From an uncultured Gammaproteobacteria bacterium (GTDB lineage Bacteria > Patescibacteriota > Microgenomatia > 2-02-FULL-39-11), in NCBI GenBank assembly GCA_964354025.1, contig CAYGXQ010000003.1, forward strand, positions 16,888-80,887: a stretch of 64,000 nt of DNA. Direction: 5' to 3'. Below the pieces are notes generated by a model, which saw only the letters and a list, made by a program, of their open reading frames with translations, searched no databases and was not told the DNA's origin. The translations under genes were made by a program, and so were the position numbers. Positions 8,020 to 17,580 of this stretch are shown one piece after another; position 1 is the stretch's first letter, and each line of letters opens with the position of its first letter.

Positions 8020-10383
8020 ATGACTAAAAAAAGAACAATGGAAATGACGGAAGAAACAGTTTTGCCCCGGGCTTTAATTATCGGCGGGGGTGATTTTGCT
8101 CTGTTTTTGTCAGACAAACTGCAGGAAAACGGCTGTTCGGCTGATGCAATTGACAGTTATCCGACCCATAAAAAGCAAAGCTTCCTATCTTACAAGTTTG
8201 ATTATCTTTTCCTGTTTACGGATTTTGATTCCCTTCCTGAAATCCTGCACAAATTTCTCAAGCCGGAAGGGAAATTGTTATTGGTTACCCAAGACGGTGA
8301 AGAGATCGATGATTTTTATCTTAAACAAAACGTCAATATTTTGAAAATCGGTGACCTGGTTGCCTGGCCGGCCGATGAACTGGCGGAAAAAATTTTCAAG
8401 ACAATTTTTTCCTCAAGCAGCCGTAAAATAATTAATGTCCGAAAAAAAGCCCAAAAAATCCAGGTAGAAATTCCCGTTATAAAGTCTGTTTCGAAAGAAG
8501 ATCTAAAAGATCATCTTTTTAAACCTGTTTCTCTCCCCTCTTCCCAATCCAAATTAAAAGTTACCACCAGGATAAATCTTCTCCCGATATTCCTGACGCT
8601 GGTGGTAATATTTTTATTTTCCTCTGTTGTTTTAGCCGGATTTACTTATTTATATGTCAAGGATTTGTCAAAAATTTTCAGTAATTTCCAAACCCATCTG
8701 GTCACTTCAGACATCGAAGCGATTGGTAATGATTTCTCTCAAGCAAAAAAGAAAATACAATTGGGTAAATCCGTTTACAATTTCACTTACAATATCCTTA
8801 TTCCTTTCCAGGAAGTAAAAGCCGTAAAAGATATCGGTGTGGTTTTCAGCTCTTCAAGCGAACTGATTACTTCCGGTGAAGAGGTGGTTGGTTATTTCCA
8901 AAAATTCACATCAATGAACACCGCTTCCTTAGCCGATTTTGAAATTACAATTAAAAAAATTGACAACCTTATCCTTTCACTTTCCCAAACTAAAAGCCGG
9001 CTAGACCAAGTCAGTCTCCCCTATTTTCCCAAAAGTACATTTAATAATTTCCTGACAATTTCCTTGGATAAATTAATTACTCTGCGCCAGCTTTTACCCA
9101 TTGCCCAAAAAATCATTATTACTGAAAAGAAAACCACTTATCTGGTCTTATTCCAAAACAATATGGAACTTCGTCCCACGGGCGGTTTCATCGGTTCATA
9201 CGGCCTTCTCACTTTTGAAAACGGTAAAATAGCCGATTTCCAGATATATGACGTTTATGCCGCCGACGGCCAGTTAAAAGGCCACGTTGAGCCGCCCTTG
9301 CCGATCAGGAAATACTTGAACCAACCAAATTGGTTTTTGAGAGACAGCAACTTTGATCCGGATTTTGCCCTTTCGGCCGATCAGGCGATTTGGTTTCTGG
9401 AAAAAGAGACCGGTCAAAAAGCGGATGGAGTGATAGGCATAAACTTAAATTTATTGCTCCAACTGCTTCGATCAATCGGCCCGGTTACTTTACCGGATTT
9501 CCGTGATGAGATCATTACCAGCGATAATTTTTATTTTAAAACCCAATCCTACTCCCAAAACGACTTCTTTCCCGGCTCCAGTGCGAAAAAAGATTTTTTA
9601 AGCAGTCTCACTAAAGCGATGGAAATAAAGCTGACAACAGGGACCGATATCCGCTTCCTTGACGTCCTGATTTCTCTTAAAAATTCACTGGAAGAAAAAA
9701 ACATCCTCCTTTATTCAACAGACGAAAACATCCAGAAAGAAATTGAAAAGACAGGTTGGGCGGGGAGGATGTCGGCAGTTGCCTGCCTTGAGAATTTCCA
9801 GAAATGTTTTCCTGACTTCCTGGCCGTTAATGAAGCCAATCTCGGCGTCAATAAAGCCAATTATTTTATTTCCAAATCAACCGCTGTAGAAAAAAGATTA
9901 AGCGCCAACGGTGACATCGTCAGCACGGTGACTATTTCTTATGAAAACAAAAGCCTTCCCAACCTTTTGACTGCCAGCCATTACCGCAATTACCTGCGTT
10001 TTTTTGTACCCAGCGGCAGCCGATTGATGGGAGCGACCTTTAACGGGAAATTCATTACTCCGAACAGTATTGAAACCACCTCTTATGCAAATGACAAAAC
10101 CTCATTCGGTTTTCTCGTCGATATCCCGCCTGACAGTCAGGCGGTTGTGAAAGTCTCCTATGTATTGTCGAAACAAATGACTAAAGACAGCAGTAGTTAC
10201 CAGTTATTTTTTCAGAAACAGGGAGGAGATAAAAATTCACCGCTGATAATCTCAATTATTTACCCCTCAGGCATGAATATGAAACCGCTTAACTTTAAAT
10301 CGACAGCCGGACGCCCTCAGGAAACATACTACACGACAGATACCTCGGTCGACCGGATTTTTTCACTAGAGGTTACCCAGTAG
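8020..10383 (+). CDS. DUF4012-domain membrane-anchored protein
   Basis: YLVLFQNNMELRPTGGFIGSYG, RDSNFDPDF, ANLGVNKAN and QKQGG; one TM; degenerate Rossmann-like N-terminus. Confidence 0.85.
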   Translation: MTKKRTMEMTEETVLPRALIIGGGDFALFLSDKLQENGCSADAIDSYPTHKKQSFLSYKFDYLFLFTDFDSLPEILHKFLKPEGKLLLVTQDGEEIDDFYLKQNVNILKIGDLVAWPADELAEKIFKTIFSSSSRKIINVRKKAQKIQVEIPVIKSVSKEDLKDHLFKPVSLPSSQSKLKVTTRINLLPIFLTLVVIFLFSSVVLAGFTYLYVKDLSKIFSNFQTHLVTSDIEAIGNDFSQAKKKIQLGKSVYNFTYNILIPFQEVKAVKDIGVVFSSSSELITSGEEVVGYFQKFTSMNTASLADFEITIKKIDNLILSLSQTKSRLDQVSLPYFPKSTFNNFLTISLDKLITLRQLLPIAQKIIITEKKTTYLVLFQNNMELRPTGGFIGSYGLLTFENGKIADFQIYDVYAADGQLKGHVEPPLPIRKYLNQPNWFLRDSNFDPDFALSADQAIWFLEKETGQKADGVIGINLNLLLQLLRSIGPVTLPDFRDEIITSDNFYFKTQSYSQNDFFPGSSAKKDFLSSLTKAMEIKLTTGTDIRFLDVLISLKNSLEEKNILLYSTDENIQKEIEKTGWAGRMSAVACLENFQKCFPDFLAVNEANLGVNKANYFISKSTAVEKRLSANGDIVSTVTISYENKSLPNLLTASHYRNYLRFFVPSGSRLMGATFNGKFITPNSIETTSYANDKTSFGFLVDIPPDSQAVVKVSYVLSKQMTKDSSSYQLFFQKQGGDKNSPLIISIIYPSGMNMKPLNFKSTAGRPQETYYTTDTSVDRIFSLEVTQ

Positions 10384-11517
10384 TTCCTTCCCCCCTTTAA
10401 TAAATTCCTCTTGGTTGAAAATTTCCATTTCGCTGATGAAATCAGAGACCAGTGTTTTCCCGTTTTTGTCCCGACAGCCGAGAACAAAATAGCGCAGCAT
10501 TTCAAAGTGAAACCGGTTTCTTTTTTCCCCGTTGCCGATTTGCAGCCAAAGTTGTTGAGTGAAAGGCGTTTTGACGATTTGGCAAACGGTACTGTTTTGT
10601 TTATCGGTAAAAAATTTTTCCACCCGGTTGGTTAAATTCGTTAAATATGCTTCCATCTCGTTTTGGTAGTTAAGGTATTCTTTATCGTTCTTCCAGTTTT
10701 CTCCAGTTTTGTACTCATCCTCAAAAAAATGAATTTCCGAAGTTTTATAGTTTGGAGTAGGGTTGGTAACCAGTTCAATTCGTCCCGGCTCAGTCGGGAA
10801 ATCAAAAGCAATAAGTGTATCCAAGGTCAAGCTGGCTGTATCAAAATCCAAGTCTGTCTCAATGAAGTTAAAAAGAAGATGGGTGAAAGTTTTGGGTAGA
10901 GAAGCAACCTGATTTAAATGGTTTACAATCATATCTTTAAGATATAGAGCCTGATTGCGGCTTCTCTGGTAATCACCAACGCCATATTGCCTGTTCCGTA
11001 AGAATTGAAGAGAAGGAGATTCCGGGATCCCTAAGATCCGCAAAACCCCCAGGGTTTGGGAGAAATTAATTTTGACCAGATAATCAATTTTTATTTTGGC
11101 GATCTTTTCGATTTGGGAGACGGCAAAGGGGATACCCATGGTGTGACAGGAGTTGCTCAGATAGGCGCTGTCACTGCCAACCTGCAACAGATCAATGGAC
11201 GTACCCCGGGGGATACTGGTGATTCTCAACTTTTTTTGGTTCGGAATAATAGAGAAAATATGGATGGCATCGCAGCGGGGATTTTTATCGCCGCGCCTGC
11301 CGTCAAGACCGAGCAGTAAAATATTGACCGGTTTAGCGAGTACCGGTTTCAAAGTAACCGTAGGTGATAAGGAAGGCACCGAAGGAGAAGTTGAGACCGG
11401 CAAAGTTGTGGTTGCGGTTTGCCCGGCCGGAAAAAAATAACGCCATTTGATAAAGGTCAGGGAGACGATAAACACAACAGCGGTGACGGCGATCATCAGT
11501 CTGAATTTCTTTATCAT
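10366..11517 (-). CDS. LCP (LytR-CpsA-Psr) family protein
   Basis: NILLLGLD, RCDAI, SIPR and GDYQRSRNQ; N-terminal TM. Confidence 0.85.
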   Translation of the reverse strand: MIKKFRLMIAVTAVVFIVSLTFIKWRYFFPAGQTATTTLPVSTSPSVPSLSPTVTLKPVLAKPVNILLLGLDGRRGDKNPRCDAIHIFSIIPNQKKLRITSIPRGTSIDLLQVGSDSAYLSNSCHTMGIPFAVSQIEKIAKIKIDYLVKINFSQTLGVLRILGIPESPSLQFLRNRQYGVGDYQRSRNQALYLKDMIVNHLNQVASLPKTFTHLLFNFIETDLDFDTASLTLDTLIAFDFPTEPGRIELVTNPTPNYKTSEIHFFEDEYKTGENWKNDKEYLNYQNEMEAYLTNLTNRVEKFFTDKQNSTVCQIVKTPFTQQLWLQIGNGEKRNRFHFEMLRYFVLGCRDKNGKTLVSDFISEMEIFNQEEFIKGGKELLGNL

Positions 11518-11590
11518 AAGAGATAATGGTGAAACAAATATAATCTTATTGACTTCAAATGTGAAGCCCGGTACAATACACTAACTGTTT

Positions 11591-12310
11591 ATGGAAAAAA
11601 TTGCCTTAAAAGCTGATTCCCGAAAAATCGTTGGCCGTAAGGTCAAAACGCTGCGAAGACAAGGACTGATTCCGGCGAGCGTTTATGGAAAAGACTTCAA
11701 ATCACAGGCGGTTGTCATGAATTTAAAGGAATTTCAATCCGTCTTTGCCAAAGCCGGCGAAACAGGTTTAGTTGACCTTCAACTGGAAGGGAAAGGCCTG
11801 CCGGTTCTTATCCATACCCTGCAATATCACCCGGTAACCGGATTGCCACTCCATGTCGATTTCTATAAAGTCAATTTGAAACAGAAAGTAACCGCCAAAG
11901 TGCCTTTGGTCCAAATTGGTGAATCATCGGCGGTTAAAGATAGAATAGGTGCGCTATTGACGCTTTTGACTGAAATTGAAGTGGAAGCCCTGCCGGCTGA
12001 TTTGCCTGACAAGATCGAAGTGGATATTGCCAAGCTGGCAACCATTGATCAGACAATTAAAGTCGGAGATTTGAAAATTCCGGCCGGGGTCAAAATACTT
12101 GCCGACACTAATTTGGATATAGTTAAGATTGGTTCCCTTGTTTCCAAAGAAGCGGAAAAAATGGCTAAAGAAGAAGCGGAGAAAGCCGCTGCTATCGCCG
12201 CCACCGCTGCCGCTTCAGCAGAAAGCGCACCTTCTGAAGGGGTAAAGAAAGAAGAAGTCACCCCATCTTCGGAAAAGAAAGCCGCCCCTTCCGAAACCAA
12301 AACAAAGTAA
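11591..12310 (+). CDS. rplY: 50S ribosomal protein L25/Ctc
   Basis: LRRQGLIPASVYG, QYHPV, HVDFY and EVEALPADLPDKIEVD; TTGACT-17-TACAAT promoter upstream. Confidence 0.95.
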   Translation: MEKIALKADSRKIVGRKVKTLRRQGLIPASVYGKDFKSQAVVMNLKEFQSVFAKAGETGLVDLQLEGKGLPVLIHTLQYHPVTGLPLHVDFYKVNLKQKVTAKVPLVQIGESSAVKDRIGALLTLLTEIEVEALPADLPDKIEVDIAKLATIDQTIKVGDLKIPAGVKILADTNLDIVKIGSLVSKEAEKMAKEEAEKAAAIAATAAASAESAPSEGVKKEEVTPSSEKKAAPSETKTK

Positions 12311-12350
12311 CTACAAGCATGCTAACTGCTGGTAGTAAACCACTTGTAGT
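12310..12350. repeat. Dispersed ACTACAAGC...GCTTGTAGT hairpin repeat
   Basis: Its reverse complement matches 55445-55485 at 37/41 nt. Confidence 0.75.
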
Positions 12351-12356
12351 AAAGAC

Positions 12357-12899
12357 CTATTCCTCAAAGAAGTTGTTGCCGATATTTACTGTAGGATTTT
12401 CTTTAGTGACAGTTTTGAGATAAGCGGCGCTTTTTTCCCGGTCATTGAGAAGGTAATACAAAACCGCCAGTTTCGTTTTGGTGTAAGTATAATCCGGGAA
12501 AGAATCTTTGAGTTTTTCCCAATTCTCCGCTTCTTTTTTAATCTTCTCTCTTTTTGAGATGAGATTGTTCCAGGTTTGGGATGGAGAGGACTGTTGGCCG
12601 AGAGTTTTCGAGTCGGATAGGGAAGGGTTTTGGAAAAATAATTGGGCCAATTGGTATTCTTTCTCAGCCGCCTTCTCATTTATCGTCAAATAGTTTTGCC
12701 CCAACTCTTCATGGAACTTACCGGTAAATGGTTGGGCCAAGATTTTATCTCTTAACCAACCAAAATTGTTCGGTTTAATGAAAACGGGATAGAAGAGGTT
12801 AGCGGCGGCTATGATTAGTACCAAAGACCAGAGGATGACTGCGGCAATTCTGCGGTTAAAATGCGGGAATTTAATAAACTTCATATCTTCATCTTCCAT
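12357..12899 (-). CDS. Hypothetical TM protein with TPR-like C-terminus
   Basis: N-terminal TM; FPDYTYTKTKLAVLYY helix pair. Confidence 0.7.
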   Translation of the reverse strand: MEDEDMKFIKFPHFNRRIAAVILWSLVLIIAAANLFYPVFIKPNNFGWLRDKILAQPFTGKFHEELGQNYLTINEKAAEKEYQLAQLFFQNPSLSDSKTLGQQSSPSQTWNNLISKREKIKKEAENWEKLKDSFPDYTYTKTKLAVLYYLLNDREKSAAYLKTVTKENPTVNIGNNFFEE

Positions 12900-12978
12900 T
12901 ATATTAAGGGAAGCCGTCTTTAGGCAATAGCAGAATTTCCTATTGACGAAAACAAAAATTTAGCGGAAAATAATATTA

Positions 12979-13626
12979 ATGAAAATTGGCTGCCTGAAAC
13001 TTTGCGAAATGCTATTGTTATTTTTTGGTGTCTTATTGATATTTCCCCGCCAAACTTTTGCCCAAGAGGGAGCTTCTGTTTCCGCGACAGCGACAGTGCC
13101 AGCGGTTAATAATCAGGTAAACCAATTGCAACTGCTGAAAGAGTCAACCCCATCTTCGCAGTCAGCCATAAATTCTGAAGCCCAAGCTTCTCTTAAAACT
13201 TTAATTTCCAGGATTGAGGCCGCTTCGGCCAGACTGGAAAATATCACTAACAGGATTTCCGCCCGGATGGAGATGATGAAACAGCAAAATTTTAAGATTG
13301 CCAACAAGGATAACCTGCTTTTAACCGCTTTGAAAAAGGAAACGGCAAAGTTAACGGAAGAAATCCAAAAACTAAGTACTGCCCGGGAAAATTTCCAACA
13401 AGGCTCAGATGCGAAAAAAAATTATCCGCTGCTTCGCAAACAAATAATTGTTATTCTTAACATACTGAAGTCGATTGATACCCAGCAAAAAAAATTAGTC
13501 GGTAATCTAAAATTGTACAACCCGCCGTCGGCAATTCCAACCCGTAAGCCGACGCCAACCCGTAAGCCGACGCCGACAAAAATTCCAACACCGACAAAAA
13601 AACCGACGGTGACGCCAAAAATATGA
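12979..13626 (+). CDS. Secreted coiled-coil protein with PT-rich tail
   Basis: Signal peptide ending TFA-QE; PTRKPT repeats. Confidence 0.75.
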   Translation: MKIGCLKLCEMLLLFFGVLLIFPRQTFAQEGASVSATATVPAVNNQVNQLQLLKESTPSSQSAINSEAQASLKTLISRIEAASARLENITNRISARMEMMKQQNFKIANKDNLLLTALKKETAKLTEEIQKLSTARENFQQGSDAKKNYPLLRKQIIVILNILKSIDTQQKKLVGNLKLYNPPSAIPTRKPTPTRKPTPTKIPTPTKKPTVTPKI

Positions 13627-14093
13627 ACGAACAAACAAATCCAAACGGTTATACGAGTAACGTCTCGCTAGGCGAGGAACAGGTTAATCCAAACCAGGGC
13701 CTGCCACCCCCGCCGGCGGAAACGACCGTGGCCGTTTCGTCTGAGAGAAGAGGACCGCCTAAATGGTTTTATTTCATTTTCCTGGCAGTGTTGATAGCTT
13801 TTGTAGCAGTGGCGGCAATTTTGGTCATTACTTTAAGTAATAAGAAATCAGGCGGGAAAACCGCTGAACAAAAACCTTCGTCACCAACGGAAATTACCGC
13901 AACGCCGACCGAGGAAATTAGTCCTACCCCAAGCATTCCTCCGGTTGATCCGGCGGTTTTGAAGTTGAACCAATTGGACACCTCTGATGAAGTGGTAAAT
14001 ATTGAAACTGATACCAAGGGAACGGATTTGACGTTTATAGAAGACAGCTTGTCAGCGCTGGACAGTAAAATCGGATTTACTACATCTATGTAA
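13623..14093 (+). CDS. Hypothetical single-TM protein
   Basis: TM helix followed by a P/T-rich linker. Confidence 0.75.
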   Translation: MNEQTNPNGYTSNVSLGEEQVNPNQGLPPPPAETTVAVSSERRGPPKWFYFIFLAVLIAFVAVAAILVITLSNKKSGGKTAEQKPSSPTEITATPTEEISPTPSIPPVDPAVLKLNQLDTSDEVVNIETDTKGTDLTFIEDSLSALDSKIGFTTSM

Positions 14094-14105
14094 ACTGGAT
14101 GCAGT

Positions 14106-14495
14106 TTACTTCCGATAGATGAAGTTCGAGAGTTTCTTAATCGAATAACCGATTACACCACTTCCTCCCAAAATTACCCAAGTAAGTTCATTTGGTCCGG
14201 TAGCCGGAATTTCGCTGGTTGTTATCCCGCCTTTAGTTGTATTTTGTCCACTATTGGTCGTATTTTGTCCGCCATAAAAAGCTGAAGGAGTGGGAGTGGG
14301 TGAGATTTTATTAATGACAGATGGAGTTATTGTAGGCGTAATATTGGGCGGAGTGGTCAGTGAAGTAGATTTGATAAAAGGAAAAAACTGGCCAAGACGG
14401 CTGCGCAGCGCCGCCGCAATCCGTCCGCTTGAGAGAATGACGATAACGATAAAGATAAAACCCAGAAAGACTAAAAGTATTCTACTTGATGACAT
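14106..14495 (-). CDS. Small surface protein with LPXTG-like sorting signal
   Basis: N-terminal TM, PT linker, IPATG + hydrophobic stretch + KK tail. Confidence 0.65.
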   Translation of the reverse strand: MSSSRILLVFLGFIFIVIVILSSGRIAAALRSRLGQFFPFIKSTSLTTPPNITPTITPSVINKISPTPTPSAFYGGQNTTNSGQNTTKGGITTSEIPATGPNELTWVILGGSGVIGYSIKKLSNFIYRK

Positions 14496-14567
14496 AATTA
14501 GATTAAGTTGGCCTATAATAGACGATTTAAGGCAATCTGTCAACCTTTATGATAAAATTGACTTTTT

Positions 14568-15047
14568 ATGGATGATCAAATGTTTCAAAGTCAGACTTAC
14601 GGCAATCTTGATCTTTGTGGAGTGCGGGAAAAGGCGCTTGAATTTATCGGCAAATTTCCTGATTTCCCTTACCAGTTGATTATCGGGACCGATTCCCAGC
14701 CGAAAAACGGATCGGGCGTGGATTTCGTCACTGCCATTGTCGTTCACCGTATCGGCATGGGCGGAGTCTATTTTTGGAAAAGAATAGTCGAAAGCAAAAG
14801 TCTGGTAATGCGTGACCGGATCTATACGGAAGCCACTTTATCTTTGACTTGTGCCCAGGAAGTCCTGAAAGTTTTCAAAAAAGACCCTGTCTGTAAGACA
14901 CTGGAAATTCACGTCGACATCGGCCAAAACGGTGAGACAAGAGAAATGATTTCCGAAATTGTCGGCATGATCAGAGGATCAGGTTTTCGGGTTAAAACCA
15001 AGCCGGAAAGCTATGGCGCCTCAAAAGTAGCTGATCGTCATACTTAA
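14568..15047 (+). CDS. RNase H-like YkuK (DUF458) family
   Basis: IIGTDSQ, FVTAIVVHR, LEIHVDIG and KPESYGASKVADRH. Confidence 0.85.
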   Translation: MDDQMFQSQTYGNLDLCGVREKALEFIGKFPDFPYQLIIGTDSQPKNGSGVDFVTAIVVHRIGMGGVYFWKRIVESKSLVMRDRIYTEATLSLTCAQEVLKVFKKDPVCKTLEIHVDIGQNGETREMISEIVGMIRGSGFRVKTKPESYGASKVADRHT

Positions 15048-15049
15048 AA

Positions 15050-15160
15050 TTATAAATTACAAATGCTAAATGCTAAATTAAATGACTAAATTATTAAATT
15101 CTAAATTAATTCAGAAATTTAGAAATTTATAATTTCATTTATAATTTATAATTTATAATT
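15050..15160. repeat. AT-rich degenerate heptamer tandem array with overall inverted symmetry
   Basis: AAATGCT/AAATTAT units followed by AATTTAT/AATTTAG units between convergent genes. Confidence 0.7.
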
Positions 15161-17534
15161 TAATTGAAGGGGAAGGAGAGGCGGGGATCAGAGTCGGGCA
15201 GCCGCCAACCGGTTGGGTCCCGGAGACAAAATATTCGGTCCGTCCATAGCAGGGAAAAGCAATGATGCCTTTTGGCATCACAAAAGGTTTATCCTCTTTG
15301 TTTTTCAATATTTCTTTCATGATTTGCTGCCAGATAGGCGCCGCGCCGGTGACGCCAGAAGTCAACCGGGGGTTCATAGGCGAACCGTCATTGTTGCCCA
15401 CCCAAACCGTCACGACAAAATCACCCGTATAACCGATGGTCCAATTGTCCCTTTTGTTGTCGCTGGTGCCGGTTTTGACGGCTACCGTATGACTGGGAAT
15501 GACTAAGGAAGAAGAGGGCCCGAAAGCCGGAGTGCGAGCCAGATTATCCGAAAGGATGTTGGAGATGATATAAGCGATTTCAGGTGAGGTAGCCTTAACC
15601 GGCGTCTTTTCCTCGGGGAGAGGTAAAACCTCGCCTTTATAGTCTGTAATCTTTAAAAAAGGCGTCAAATCCGCTCTTTCACCGGCGTTGGCTAAACTGC
15701 CATAGACTTTAGTCATGTCAAGCATGGTTACGTCGCCCCCGCCCAAAGTTAAAGACAGTCCGAAACGGCTTTCATCATTCCAAGAGGTGATGCCCATCAG
15801 TTTTCCCTGTTCAATCATTGCCTTGAGACCGATCCTGGCCAGGGTTTTGACCGCCGGAATATTATATGAGGAACCCAAAGCCGTCCGCAGTGTCACCCGT
15901 CCATGATAGCGGCCGTCATAGTTGACCGGGGCGTAAGCAGCTTGTCCGGCCACTTTATAGGTAATTGGAGTATCGTCAATCATGGTGGCGGCCGTCATCC
16001 CGCGGGTTAAGGCGGCGGCGTAATTGACTACTTTAATTGATGAACCGGGTTGACGAAGAGCAGTGGTGACGTTGACATTACCCTGATTTGAGAGGTCAAA
16101 ATAGTCGGTTGAGCCGACCATGGAGAGAATTTCTCCGGTTTTAGGGTCGGTAATGAGGATGGCGCCGTTACCGACGTTTAAGTTTTTCAGGCCATTGATA
16201 TTTTCCGTGACAATTTTTTGTGCCATTTCCTGTAAGTTTAAATCAAGAGTGGTTTTTACCCGCAACCCGCCGGTTTCCACAATCCGCAACCCATAAAGCC
16301 TTTCCAGTTCTTCTTTGACATACATCACGAAATGAGGCGCCAAAATCGCTGTACGGGGATTATTGTAATTTAAAGTTTCCGCGGCCGCCTGATCTGCGGT
16401 TTCCTTATTAATATAACCTTCATCAGTCATCCGTTTCAAAACTTCTTCCTGGCGTTGTTTAGCCAGTTCCGGATGAATTCCGTATGGAGAGAAACGGCTT
16501 GGCGCCGCCGGCAGTCCGGCTAAAAGCGCGGTTTCTGAGAGCGTTAATTCTTTGATGCTTTTTCCGAAATAGGTTTGAGCGGCCGCTTCGATTCCCCAGG
16601 CGGTACCGCCATATGGTACCTGATTGAGATACATCTCAAGTATCTGGTCTTTGCTGTAGATCCCCTCAGCCCAAACGGAAAGGATGATTTCCTGGATTTT
16701 CCGCTTGACCGTCCGGTCAGGATTGAGAAGGGCGCTTCTTATAAGTTGCTGGGTAATCGTTGATCCTCCTTCAATTGTATCGGTAGTCAAATTATGGATT
16801 AAAGCCCGGATGATGGCAGAGACAGAAAAACCCTTGTGGAAATAGAAATCCTTGTCTTCGGTGGCAATGGTGGCCTGGATAACCGTTTCCGGCACATCGG
16901 CCAATTTGATGGGAGTCCGGTTTTGTTCGGCATAAATTTCGTAAAGCAGTTTGTCATTGCGGTCATAGATTTTTGTCGTTGTCGGCGGGTCTTTAACGGT
17001 CAAGTATCTGGGATTGGGAATCGTCTGGATAAAAATTTTCAGCTGGTAAAAAACAGTTATGGTTAAAACTACCAAAGCGCCCAAAAAGAAATATTTGATT
17101 TTTAAAAAAACAATTTTTAAAGCCCGGGGAATTTTAATCCTGATTCTTAATCTTTTCCTTTTCGGGAATTTAAATTTCAGTTTAGGGATCGTGAATTTTG
17201 GCAGACTGAATTTAAGAATTGTAATTTTCGGCAGTCTGATTCTGAAGGAAAAGATTTTCTTTTTTAGAATAAGGATTTTCTTATTGATCTTTTCGGCAAG
17301 AGAAGGTTTCCTGTGGTATATGATGCCTCTTTTTTTCTTGATGCCCTTAGGTGACTTAGGTAACCTAAGTGACTTAAGTAACTTATAGGACTTAAGAAAA
17401 AAAGAGATTATGATCCTTATCAGGTTGATGATAACCTCACCGAAACCTTTGAAGAAAAAAAGCGGCAGAAATAAAACCTGAGAAATCAGATTGATGTATG
17501 GGGCAGTTTTGATATTTTTCTTTCCTCTTGGCAT
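15153..17534 (-). CDS. Class A penicillin-binding protein (PBP1A family)
   Basis: EDKDF, GGSTITQQL, RKIQE, YLNQVPYG, SSIK, SYN and KTGT; K/R-rich N-terminal extension. Confidence 0.95.
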   Translation of the reverse strand: MPRGKKNIKTAPYINLISQVLFLPLFFFKGFGEVIINLIRIIISFFLKSYKLLKSLRLPKSPKGIKKKRGIIYHRKPSLAEKINKKILILKKKIFSFRIRLPKITILKFSLPKFTIPKLKFKFPKRKRLRIRIKIPRALKIVFLKIKYFFLGALVVLTITVFYQLKIFIQTIPNPRYLTVKDPPTTTKIYDRNDKLLYEIYAEQNRTPIKLADVPETVIQATIATEDKDFYFHKGFSVSAIIRALIHNLTTDTIEGGSTITQQLIRSALLNPDRTVKRKIQEIILSVWAEGIYSKDQILEMYLNQVPYGGTAWGIEAAAQTYFGKSIKELTLSETALLAGLPAAPSRFSPYGIHPELAKQRQEEVLKRMTDEGYINKETADQAAAETLNYNNPRTAILAPHFVMYVKEELERLYGLRIVETGGLRVKTTLDLNLQEMAQKIVTENINGLKNLNVGNGAILITDPKTGEILSMVGSTDYFDLSNQGNVNVTTALRQPGSSIKVVNYAAALTRGMTAATMIDDTPITYKVAGQAAYAPVNYDGRYHGRVTLRTALGSSYNIPAVKTLARIGLKAMIEQGKLMGITSWNDESRFGLSLTLGGGDVTMLDMTKVYGSLANAGERADLTPFLKITDYKGEVLPLPEEKTPVKATSPEIAYIISNILSDNLARTPAFGPSSSLVIPSHTVAVKTGTSDNKRDNWTIGYTGDFVVTVWVGNNDGSPMNPRLTSGVTGAAPIWQQIMKEILKNKEDKPFVMPKGIIAFPCYGRTEYFVSGTQPVGGCPTLIPASPSPSIKL

Positions 17535-17580
17535 GGGGAAAAGAATATAGCACAGGTTATAGGTTCAGTAAAGAGGAATT